A model generated the notes under the pieces. That model was not told the origin of the DNA, ran no database searches, and worked only from the letters and a program-made list of their open reading frames with translations. A stretch of DNA of 64,000 bases from assembly GCA_963716395.1 (NCBI GenBank), contig OY970309.1, positions 2,176,001 through 2,240,000 of the forward strand, given 5' to 3'. Positions 37,633-45,989 of this stretch are shown here, one piece after another (position 1 is the stretch's first letter; each line of letters starts with the position of its first letter). This DNA comes from an uncultured Fibrobacteria bacterium (GTDB lineage: Bacteria; Fibrobacterota; Fibrobacteria; UBA11236). The position numbers were made by a program, and so were the translations under genes.

Positions 37633-39393
37633 ATGTCACCCGTCAATGCAAAGACCTTTTTTTCGGGCTTTAAAAAAAGCTCTTGGGCCGTGGCCGGGCT
37701 GTTGGCAGCGGCTTCACTCTCGAATGCCCAGACCTCATTGATTGACAATTTCGATGCCGGTACCAACCAGAATATGTTTTTGGGGTACTCCTACTTTTAC
37801 GCCGACGGAGCCGATGGAGGCACCACACATGTGCTCACGGCCGATTCCAGCTCCAATAATGCTTGGCTGGTCGACCCGGCCAAGTCTTTTGATGTCGGCG
37901 CCAACGGCACGCCGCACTCTTTGAAAATGTCATTCGTCTATGGCGCCAACAAGCCCATTTCAGCGAGTTGCATGTGCCCTTACGGACAATTCGCCGGTTT
38001 CGGAACGCAAGTGGTCGCGGGTACGGATCAAGGCGCGGTTTTGAACATGGCCGGAGCCACCAGCATCACGTTTTGGGCCAAGGCCTCGGCCGCCATGTTG
38101 ATGCGCTTTGAAGTGGCCACCGCCAACGTCACCGACGACGGTTTTTATGCCGCCAGTCCGGAACCCAGCATCACCACCACGTGGACAAAATATACGGTGT
38201 TGTTCACCGGTGGTTTGGGTGGTCTGGTGCGCCCCGCCTGGGCGAACACGGCCACCCCCGGCGTGATTTTCGACAGCACCAAGGTGCAGAAACTTCAATT
38301 CTCCGTTTCCGCCGACGACAATACCGGTCTTGACAGCGGAACCCTGTGGCTGGACAGCATTCAGGTTACCGGTTATACCTGGGTTCCGCCCATGGCCTGC
38401 CTTCCCTGCGTAGGGGCACAAGGCGCGGGCACCGGAGCCTTGCTTTCCGACCTGGATACGCCTCCCGTGAATGAAAATACCGCCGGCGGCTATTGGTATG
38501 CCTATAACGATGCCCAGGCCCATGTGCCCCCGTTGGCAACGGGCGCTCCCCAATCCGAATTCTCCGAGATCATCACCGGCGTCGATAACACCGATCCCGT
38601 GAACCCGGTGCTGACCGTTTCTCCGACCGCGGGGGTGAACGGCACGGGTGCGGCCTATATCAGTTTTGATCTCGGGCCGACTTTTCAGCAAGACGATACC
38701 ACTACCATTCAACCCTTCGTGGGAATCGGCACCAAGACTTCCGATGCCTTGGGAACCGTTTTTTTAAATGTCGGAACGTCGACGGGAATCAGCTTCGACT
38801 ATAATACCGACGCCACCTCCACCTTCGCTTATCTGCGGCTCGAGGTCAAAGCCAATCAGGTTTTATCGACCAATGTCGGAGTCGTGCACCAGGTCTTGCT
38901 GCCGGCCACGGGTGGAGTCTGGAAAAGCGCTTCCATTCCCTGGGACACTTTGAAAGAACCGGATTGGGCGGGTGTTGTAGCCCAACCGCTCAAAACCTCC
39001 GCTTTGGAACATATCCAATGGGCGGTGCAGGGAGCCCCCGGCACCACCGGCGGTTTTGCCATCGACAATGTTAAAATCATGGGCGTCACCACTATTCCGA
39101 ATATCAATTCGGCCATTCTGCCGAATTCGGGTACGGTCCGGGGTCTTTTGCTGACCCAGGGATCCGACGGCATACACTTGAATTATCCTCTTCCCGATGG
39201 CGTTACTTCGGTGGGAATCCGCCTGCTGAACCTGCAAGGAGCCGTCGTCGCGAATCGCAACGTTGCAGCCCACGGCACCTTGCAAACAGATCTCAATACG
39301 CGGGGATTGCAAAACGGGATTTACACCTTGCAACTGCGTTTGGGTAATTCCGCGAAACAAGTGGTTAACACCAACTTTACCTTGTTGCAATAA
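37633..39393 (+). CDS. Secreted non-catalytic protein with two CBM11/CIA30-like domains and a T9SS-like tail
   Basis: RBS GAGGAG; signal peptide; two galactose-binding-like units (IDNFD...SITFWAK...KLQFSV...LWLDSI and LLSDLD...GISFDY...HIQWAV...FAIDNV); tail LLNLQGAVV...GIYTLQL. Confidence 0.7.
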   Translation: MSPVNAKTFFSGFKKSSWAVAGLLAAASLSNAQTSLIDNFDAGTNQNMFLGYSYFYADGADGGTTHVLTADSSSNNAWLVDPAKSFDVGANGTPHSLKMSFVYGANKPISASCMCPYGQFAGFGTQVVAGTDQGAVLNMAGATSITFWAKASAAMLMRFEVATANVTDDGFYAASPEPSITTTWTKYTVLFTGGLGGLVRPAWANTATPGVIFDSTKVQKLQFSVSADDNTGLDSGTLWLDSIQVTGYTWVPPMACLPCVGAQGAGTGALLSDLDTPPVNENTAGGYWYAYNDAQAHVPPLATGAPQSEFSEIITGVDNTDPVNPVLTVSPTAGVNGTGAAYISFDLGPTFQQDDTTTIQPFVGIGTKTSDALGTVFLNVGTSTGISFDYNTDATSTFAYLRLEVKANQVLSTNVGVVHQVLLPATGGVWKSASIPWDTLKEPDWAGVVAQPLKTSALEHIQWAVQGAPGTTGGFAIDNVKIMGVTTIPNINSAILPNSGTVRGLLLTQGSDGIHLNYPLPDGVTSVGIRLLNLQGAVVANRNVAAHGTLQTDLNTRGLQNGIYTLQLRLGNSAKQVVNTNFTLLQ

Positions 39394-39451
39394 TTTTTCT
39401 TCGGCGCCGCGGGGCGGCGATACGCTCCCGCGCCGAATCGAACGCCACCTT

Positions 39452-39483
39452 TCCCGCTTCCCTCCGGAAGCGGGATTTTTTTT
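39452..39483 (+). terminator. Intrinsic terminator
   Basis: TCCCGCTTCC-CTCC-GGAAGCGGGA followed by eight T. Confidence 0.85.
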
Positions 39484-39500
39484 GCCGAGGCTTTAACCTT

Positions 39501-41129
39501 TTACGGATTCCGGTATCCGATCACGACGCCCTGGTTCTGCAGCGTGGAAAGGTCTCCGGTGGGTAGAATGGAATAGTTCAGGCCTTGCAGCGTGTCACGG
39601 CTGACGAAAGCCGGGTCGACTTGAATGGGCGTCAAGGGCCAATCGGACTGGGGAAGATTGATCAGGCCGCTGTCGTTGGCGTAAAAATCCAAATCCTCGA
39701 GTTGCAAAGCTCCCGATTGAATCATATCCAGCGTCAGGTTTAATCCGTAACTTCCGTTGAAGGCGATAATCGAGTTGGAGATCCGCAGAGGACCCGTCGG
39801 TGAGCGGATTTCAATGCCGTCGACTCCGTTATCCGATACGGTCAGGCCTTGAATGCTGCCGTTGGCCGAGGTGGCGTTAATCCCGGCCGCGACATTGTAG
39901 GCCACCAAGACGTTATCCAAAACGATTTGCGAGGTTGCTCCGGAAACCTGAATGCCGTTCCGTTCATTTTGCAGAAAGCGGCAGTTCTTCACCTTCACGT
40001 AGCTGTCGACGATTTCCAGGCCATCCAGGGCATTATGGAGAAAATCGCACGTCTCGAACAGAATTCCGGTGCAGCCGTTTTCCAGCTTGGCCCCGCTGTT
40101 TCCGCTTTGCTGAAACACGACGTCGTGAAATTCGATATAGCTGAAATCGCTGAGGAAGAGAATCGGCGTTTGCGGACTGGCGGAAAGAATGGTGGGAGCC
40201 CCCGGGTCGCCTTGGATCACGATCGGGCTATCCACGGTTCCGGACTGCTGGAAAAGAATTTGCCCGGCGTAATCGCCCGCGCCGACAAAAATCGTATCCC
40301 CGGGCTTGGCGGCGGAGATGTACTTGTGCAAAGAATCCGCCGTGGTCACCAGGATTTTGCCCAGGCTTTGATTGTGAAAAACGACGCTCAAATTGAAACT
40401 CTGAACGGCCGCGTTCAGGGAGATCTGTTGCAGATTATAAGCCGCGATGCTGCTGTTGGTATTCGTCGCCGTTTGATTTGCGGTATTCACTTGATTCTGA
40501 AATTGGGTATACGCGTTCAGATCCTGCAGGTAGGGAGCCTGGATTTGCGCCCGTTCCGAATCGCTGTATACCACCATCGGCAAGAGCGCCCGATTCACCG
40601 AATCGACGCGGGCCAAAGCCGTGGCCTGTAGCAGCGACAATTGCTGCATGTTAAAATTGACGGAGGGATACGGTCCCGCGAGCAGGAGATAGTTCAAGGT
40701 ATCGTAATAACCCTCCAGCTTCAGCGAATCCGCCGGGCCGGCGGATTGATTGGCCTGGGTTACAGCCGCATTACCCGCAGCCGTTTGCGAGTTGGCGGTT
40801 TTTTTGAGGTCGTTGCTTTGCGAGATGGAATCGTTCAGCGATTGGATGGAATTGAAATCAGCCTGCAAGGGCGCGAGGGTTTTCGTTGTTGAATCGGCCA
40901 GCGCGGACAGCGAGTCCAAAAAACCGCTTTGGGCGTTTTTGATGGGCGTGGTCTGGCTTAGGGAAAAATTGATGGGATCGAAAGGGTTGTTGCGGTCGAT
41001 GCAAGAGACCAAACACAACATCGCCCACACTATCGATCCCACCGGCCTTCGCCGCCGGGCGGAAGGAAGCGCCTTCAATCCGGTGATCTCCCGCGCCCTT
41101 TGCAAAATATGGTTCACCAGGAATTTCAT
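39501..41129 (-). CDS. Lipoprotein with a Q/N/A-rich helical stalk and a right-handed beta-helix domain (start uncertain)
   Basis: LVSC-IDRNNPFDP lipobox; AAKPGDTIFVGAGDY...SGTVDSPIVI followed by N-x-x-G-I beta-helix repeats. Confidence 0.7.
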   Translation of the reverse strand: MKFLVNHILQRAREITGLKALPSARRRRPVGSIVWAMLCLVSCIDRNNPFDPINFSLSQTTPIKNAQSGFLDSLSALADSTTKTLAPLQADFNSIQSLNDSISQSNDLKKTANSQTAAGNAAVTQANQSAGPADSLKLEGYYDTLNYLLLAGPYPSVNFNMQQLSLLQATALARVDSVNRALLPMVVYSDSERAQIQAPYLQDLNAYTQFQNQVNTANQTATNTNSSIAAYNLQQISLNAAVQSFNLSVVFHNQSLGKILVTTADSLHKYISAAKPGDTIFVGAGDYAGQILFQQSGTVDSPIVIQGDPGAPTILSASPQTPILFLSDFSYIEFHDVVFQQSGNSGAKLENGCTGILFETCDFLHNALDGLEIVDSYVKVKNCRFLQNERNGIQVSGATSQIVLDNVLVAYNVAAGINATSANGSIQGLTVSDNGVDGIEIRSPTGPLRISNSIIAFNGSYGLNLTLDMIQSGALQLEDLDFYANDSGLINLPQSDWPLTPIQVDPAFVSRDTLQGLNYSILPTGDLSTLQNQGVVIGYRNP

Positions 41130-41158
41130 TTTACATAATTTAAGCGTCGGTTAATTCA

Positions 41159-42082
41159 ATGCTGGATGTGAAAGTTTTGCCGCGCCTCTTTTCCATTGCG
41201 TTGGCATGGGTGGGGTTTTTCTGCGGGAACGTAGCTTCCGCGCCCGGGAATTGTCCCTCTTCCCATCATTACCTACTCTTCGCTTCCGATCCGCTGGTGC
41301 AAACAAAGGTGTTCTCCGGCTTTCCCGACTCCCTATACAACTTGTTGCTGGGCCCCCTGGATCAGTTGGGGTATTGCCTGCGCAACGAAATATTGTCAAC
41401 GGTTTCCGACTCTGCCGCGTATTCGGAAACCATGGTTTTGTACGTCACCGTCGACACCTTGCCGCCCAATCCCGCCACACCCCAAGTCATATTAACCTTG
41501 ATGCATCTCTCCGATTGGAACCAGGGTGGCCGCAATGTGACCCGGCCCTTGGCCACCTTGGGGTACCCGGGAACCGAAACCGGGCCGTGGTTGGATTTGC
41601 TGACGCAGAAGGTGGTCGAAAATATGCGCCGGCAATCCATGGCCCACATCGTATTGCAAACCCGGCCGGTGGGCGCGCTGGTTCGATCTTCTTCGGGATT
41701 GGAGGGCAAGGCGCCGCTCGAATGGATATTACCCTTGGGCGCGGTGGAAATGACGGCTACAGCTCCGGGCTACCTGCCTTTCCAGCAATCCCTGAATCTG
41801 GCGCGTCCGGGTATCCATAATTTGGAATTCGATCTCACCAAAAGGCGATTTTACCATTCCAAGCTGATGATCCCCACCCTGGCTTTTGCCGTGTTATCGG
41901 CCACCGGATACGCTTTGGAAAATTTTTTTTATGACCGTTACCTCCGGCTTGGGCCCGAAGCCCAGCGAACCGATCCGGGCGCCTTCGCCCGCACTTTTAA
42001 TACCGCCCAGGATTTTGAACGGGCCGCGGGGGTTTCGCTGGCGGTTTCGCTTTCCTGCCTCGGTCTTAGTTTTTGGTATTGA
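41159..42082 (+). CDS. Exported PEGA-domain protein with C-terminal hydrophobic segments
   Basis: Signal-like N-terminus; LQTRPVGALV...GKAPL...APGY PEGA pattern. Confidence 0.6.
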   Translation: MLDVKVLPRLFSIALAWVGFFCGNVASAPGNCPSSHHYLLFASDPLVQTKVFSGFPDSLYNLLLGPLDQLGYCLRNEILSTVSDSAAYSETMVLYVTVDTLPPNPATPQVILTLMHLSDWNQGGRNVTRPLATLGYPGTETGPWLDLLTQKVVENMRRQSMAHIVLQTRPVGALVRSSSGLEGKAPLEWILPLGAVEMTATAPGYLPFQQSLNLARPGIHNLEFDLTKRRFYHSKLMIPTLAFAVLSATGYALENFFYDRYLRLGPEAQRTDPGAFARTFNTAQDFERAAGVSLAVSLSCLGLSFWY

Positions 42083-42114
42083 CGACAAACCGTCTCCAGG
42101 CGCCAAAATCGGGG

Positions 42115-42145
42115 TTGAACCCCCGCCTTGAAATGGCGACTAATT
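42115..42145 (+). promoter_or_regulatory. Putative autoregulatory ECF promoter
   Basis: TTGAACC-N17-ACTAATT (AAC-N16-CGAC geometry), 18 nt upstream of the sigma ATG. Confidence 0.65.
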
Positions 42146-42163
42146 TAACAGAGAGGATCTCTC

Positions 42164-42730
42164 ATGGGATATATCGCCGAACCCTCGCAAGAAACTTTGG
42201 CTGCCTGCAAGGCGGGAAATCAAGACGCGTTCAAGGAGATTTTTTACCGCTATCGGGGTTACGCGTTCAACCTGGTTTACAAGATCACCGGACCTTACGG
42301 CGAACACGAAGATTTGGTGCAAGAGGTGTTTTTCCAGGTCTATCTCTCCCTGCGGAACTTTCAGGGCAACTCTTCGTTCCGCACCTGGTTCCACCGGGTG
42401 ATCGTGAATACCTGCACGGCGCAATGGCGTTTTCAAGGGGCGGAGAAACGCATTTCGAATAAAAATCTGACCCGCATCGACGACTTGGATTATGAGATCG
42501 CGGTTCAAGAACCCAACCACGGGAAAGAACTTGAGTTCAAAAATCTGGTGGAAAAGGTGCTGGAAATATTAGACGATAAATTGCGCATTCCCCTGGTATT
42601 GAACGTTTACAGCGAAATGAATTTATCCGAAATTGCAATCGTCATGGGAATTCCCGAAGGCACCGTGAAGTCGCGTTTGTTTACCGCCCGGAAATTAATC
42701 AAGGAATACCTGGATACCTTAGAGCCATGA
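42164..42730 (+). CDS. ECF-subfamily RNA polymerase sigma factor
   Basis: EDLVQEVF, FQGNSSFRTWFHRV (region 2) and EIA...IPEGTVKSRLFTAR (region 4). Confidence 0.95.
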   Translation: MGYIAEPSQETLAACKAGNQDAFKEIFYRYRGYAFNLVYKITGPYGEHEDLVQEVFFQVYLSLRNFQGNSSFRTWFHRVIVNTCTAQWRFQGAEKRISNKNLTRIDDLDYEIAVQEPNHGKELEFKNLVEKVLEILDDKLRIPLVLNVYSEMNLSEIAIVMGIPEGTVKSRLFTARKLIKEYLDTLEP

Positions 42731-44778
42731 ATCCGGAAGCGCCCGATCCCAAACCCCACTTCGGCCCCGATTTTGATTTCGAGCGGGCGCTGAAAGCCGA
42801 GGGGAAATTTACGCTCCCGGTTTTAAATGTGGAAGCGGGTTTGTTCGCGCGCATTCACGCGGCGGAATTGTTGGGTCCCTTGGCCGATTTGAAACGGGAG
42901 CAAATTCCTGCGCCCGCTTTCTGGGAGCGCGTGGAAGCGGGGCTGGCCAAACGGATTGCGATCCATCAGGAGTATGAAGAACCGGTGGATCATTGCATTG
43001 CCGACCAGGCCGACGAAGAGGTGCGTTGGGGCCGGCTGGAACACCAGTTGGAAAAACACATTCATTCTCTCAGCCGTTTGGAGCCGTGGGAACTGGAGCT
43101 CAAAGCCGAAAAACTGCTCTTGCCGGGGCAATGGGAACATGTCGAAGCCAAGTTGCAAACGCGCGTCGCGTCGAGCACCGTAAAAACCGGCAAGCCCGCG
43201 ACCACCACGCTGCTGGGCTTGTTTTGGCTCCGCCGCCCGGCGGTGGCGGCCACGGTTTTGCTCGTGCTGCTGACGGGTTCGGCCTGGATGTTTTACCGTC
43301 ATCAGGCCCCGGCCCTGGATACCTTCGTGTACCAGGTGCAAGGCCATGCGGCCCTGTCCTATCTCAATCAGAACAAGTTGACCCCGTTGGCTTCGGGAAA
43401 AACCCTGCGATCCCAGTCGGATGAATCGATGATCGTGGTCAACCAACGGGGATATGTCGAATTAAAAAACGGCTCGCAGGTTGCGATTCGGCAGGCCAAC
43501 ACCCGAAAAATTCAATATCAGGTGGGCTTTACCCATTCCGGATCGAAGGCTCAGGGCAAGGTGGTGTTTTTCGTCACACACCAGAAGCATAAAGAAAAGT
43601 TCCTGGTATCCACTCCCGATTATCAAATCGAAGTGGTCGGCACTTATTTCCAGGTGAACTCCGATTTGGAAGGGCGGTATTCCACCTCGGTGATGGAAGG
43701 CAAGGTCCTGATCCATTCTCCCACCCAGGGAGTGTTTCCTTTGCAGGCGGGAGAAACCTTGGTGTATGACATCGCCACCAAACAATACCGCGTGTTACCG
43801 GGAGGGCCGGTGGTGGCCCGGCAAGACATCGAACGCGTTCCTCCGGTTTCGGATCTGAAGGATTACGAATTGCTGACGGTGGTCTCCAATGCGCCCGAAT
43901 CCGAAGTCCACATCGATGGAAAAGATTTGGGGCAGGCGCCGATCGTGATTTTGCAACCCCTGGGTCGCCATGTGGTCAGCATTCGGAAAGACGGCTACGA
44001 AGTTTTGGACACTTCCGTCGCTATCGTCGATGGCGGCAGCAATCGCCTGGTGGCGAATTTGATTTCGATCCCGTCGGCCCCTGCCCGCGGCCAAAAAGTT
44101 GCGGCTTTAACTCCCGCCCCTTCCGGCCATCCGGTTTTCCGTTTACCTGCGGCCACGGTACCGCGGACGCCGACCCAACCCACGGTAGCGGCTTCCCAGG
44201 AAGCGGCGGAATTGTATTTCCGACAGGCGGAACAGGTGGAAGGGAAAAGTTGGGAATTGGCCGTCCGGTTGTATCAAAAAGTCGCCGCAGATTCGGCGTC
44301 TTCTTCCATCCGCAAAGAAACCGCGCTGTTTTCCATCGCCCGGCTGCGGGCGGAGAATGAATCGGAAAAATCCCAGGCCATGGCGGCTTTCCAGACGTAC
44401 CTCTCGCGTTACCCGCGCGGGGATTTTGCCGGGGAATCCCTCTTGCGTCTGGCGGAACTGGAATTCGCCCGGAACCCGGGGAAATCCATCGTCTACTACC
44501 TGGATTATTTCAAACGCTATCCCCGCTCCGAGCGTATTTCGGAACTGGAGCACCGCGTGGGGTTGATTTACCTGCAGCAGAAGCAATACGACAAAGCCAT
44601 CGCCATGCTGCAGCAAAGCCTGGCCAATGTTCCTTACGGCACCGAAGCGGAAAAACGCCCCATCTACGCCAGTTTGCAACGGGCTTTTCTGGCCAAGGGG
44701 GATACGGGTAGCGCCGCCTTGGTGAAAAGCCAATACCGGCATGCGGATGAAAAGGGTGAAACGCAAGGCGGGGAGTAA
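42727..44778 (+). CDS. Anti-sigma-like membrane protein: repeated cytoplasmic helices, TM, FecR domain, PEGA domain and TPR region
   Basis: ATGA overlap with the sigma gene; TM AVAATVLLVLLTGSAW; FecR IEVVGTYFQV...SVMEGKV; PEGA SNAPESEVHIDG..LGQAP...KDGY; TPR YLSRYPRG. Confidence 0.85.
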   Translation: MNPEAPDPKPHFGPDFDFERALKAEGKFTLPVLNVEAGLFARIHAAELLGPLADLKREQIPAPAFWERVEAGLAKRIAIHQEYEEPVDHCIADQADEEVRWGRLEHQLEKHIHSLSRLEPWELELKAEKLLLPGQWEHVEAKLQTRVASSTVKTGKPATTTLLGLFWLRRPAVAATVLLVLLTGSAWMFYRHQAPALDTFVYQVQGHAALSYLNQNKLTPLASGKTLRSQSDESMIVVNQRGYVELKNGSQVAIRQANTRKIQYQVGFTHSGSKAQGKVVFFVTHQKHKEKFLVSTPDYQIEVVGTYFQVNSDLEGRYSTSVMEGKVLIHSPTQGVFPLQAGETLVYDIATKQYRVLPGGPVVARQDIERVPPVSDLKDYELLTVVSNAPESEVHIDGKDLGQAPIVILQPLGRHVVSIRKDGYEVLDTSVAIVDGGSNRLVANLISIPSAPARGQKVAALTPAPSGHPVFRLPAATVPRTPTQPTVAASQEAAELYFRQAEQVEGKSWELAVRLYQKVAADSASSSIRKETALFSIARLRAENESEKSQAMAAFQTYLSRYPRGDFAGESLLRLAELEFARNPGKSIVYYLDYFKRYPRSERISELEHRVGLIYLQQKQYDKAIAMLQQSLANVPYGTEAEKRPIYASLQRAFLAKGDTGSAALVKSQYRHADEKGETQGGE

Positions 44779-44801
44779 GGCAAAAGTAAGTTCCTGCATT
44801 T

Positions 44802-45989
44802 TCACACATTGCTCCCGCTCACCACCGCTGCAAAGCTCCGCTTCATCCGTATCCGGTCCATCGCTCCTTCCAGCGCCTGTTGTTTCTTGGCTTCCGCCGT
44901 AGCGAACAAGTCGATTTGACCCGTGTCGGTGACCGGGGCGGCCACCGACAGCTCGATGCTCCGGAGCGCCACGCGCCGTTGGTACAGGAGGCGGAACAGG
45001 TTTTCGGCCTCCCGCGCCAAGGCGGGAAAAGACGCGGTGGGCCGGTTCAGCGGCGCCGTCTTGCGCACGCGGCGCTGATCGGAATAGGTGAGAGTCATGG
45101 CGACGCGGCCGGCTTGGCCTTTCTGCCGGCGCAGGGCATAGCCCAATTTGTCCGCCGTCAGCCGCACCTGGTTGCGCAGCGCTTCTTCATCGTTGAGATC
45201 GCGGGGCAATATCGTCACAACAATCACGGAAGTCCGCCGGACTGCCGCGGTTTCGAAATCGAGGCCGTGCGCCAGGGTGTACAGCTTTTCGCCCTCGCTC
45301 CCGAAGCGCAAGGCCAATTCCTCCTTGTCCAGCCGGCGCACGGTGCCGATGGAGGCCATCCCGTATTTGCGCAGCCGCTCGCGGGCCTGCGGCGACAACC
45401 CCGGCAGCCATTCCGGCGGGAGCGGATCCAGCGTGGCGATTTCGCGGCCCTCCGCGCAGGCGTACACGCCGTCGGGCTGATGCCGGCGCGCCAGCACGCG
45501 CGCCACGGTGAGCGAGGCCGCGACGCCGACGGACACGGCTTCGAGGCCCAAATCCCACAGGCCCCGCTGCACGCGCTCCCCCAAGGTTTGCGGCGGCAGG
45601 GAGCGGCTGAGCGGCGTGCCCGTCATGTCGAGCGCGGCCCCGCCGCCGCTGCTGCGAAGGGAATACACGGGCGTGCAGCCCAGGAAAAATTTTTCCAGGT
45701 CCCGGCGCAGCCGGGTTTCGGCCGCGGGGTCGCGCGCCACGATCCGCAGTTGCGGCCAGCGCCGGCGGGCGAGGAAAACCGGGGTGCCGGATGTGATACC
45801 GGCATCGCGGGCATTACGTGACAGGGCGGTGACGGGTGTTTTGTGGCTTTCGGCATCCTGTTCCACCAGTCCGAAACACCGTCCCCGCAGGTCGGGCCGT
45901 ACGGCTGCCACCGCCTGCGCCGGAAAATGCGGGAGGTCCACGGCGACGAAACGCGGGGCGGGAAGGTTACGCGGCTTGGGCGGCGGCAT
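44802..45989 (-). CDS. imuB: Y-family polymerase-like protein lacking catalytic residues (ImuB-like)
   Basis: AVDLPHFPAQA in place of HxDMDAFYASV; the SxDE motif is replaced by SSGGG; C-terminal QIDLF clamp-binding motif. Confidence 0.65.
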   Translation of the reverse strand: MPPPKPRNLPAPRFVAVDLPHFPAQAVAAVRPDLRGRCFGLVEQDAESHKTPVTALSRNARDAGITSGTPVFLARRRWPQLRIVARDPAAETRLRRDLEKFFLGCTPVYSLRSSGGGAALDMTGTPLSRSLPPQTLGERVQRGLWDLGLEAVSVGVAASLTVARVLARRHQPDGVYACAEGREIATLDPLPPEWLPGLSPQARERLRKYGMASIGTVRRLDKEELALRFGSEGEKLYTLAHGLDFETAAVRRTSVIVVTILPRDLNDEEALRNQVRLTADKLGYALRRQKGQAGRVAMTLTYSDQRRVRKTAPLNRPTASFPALAREAENLFRLLYQRRVALRSIELSVAAPVTDTGQIDLFATAEAKKQQALEGAMDRIRMKRSFAAVVSGSNV

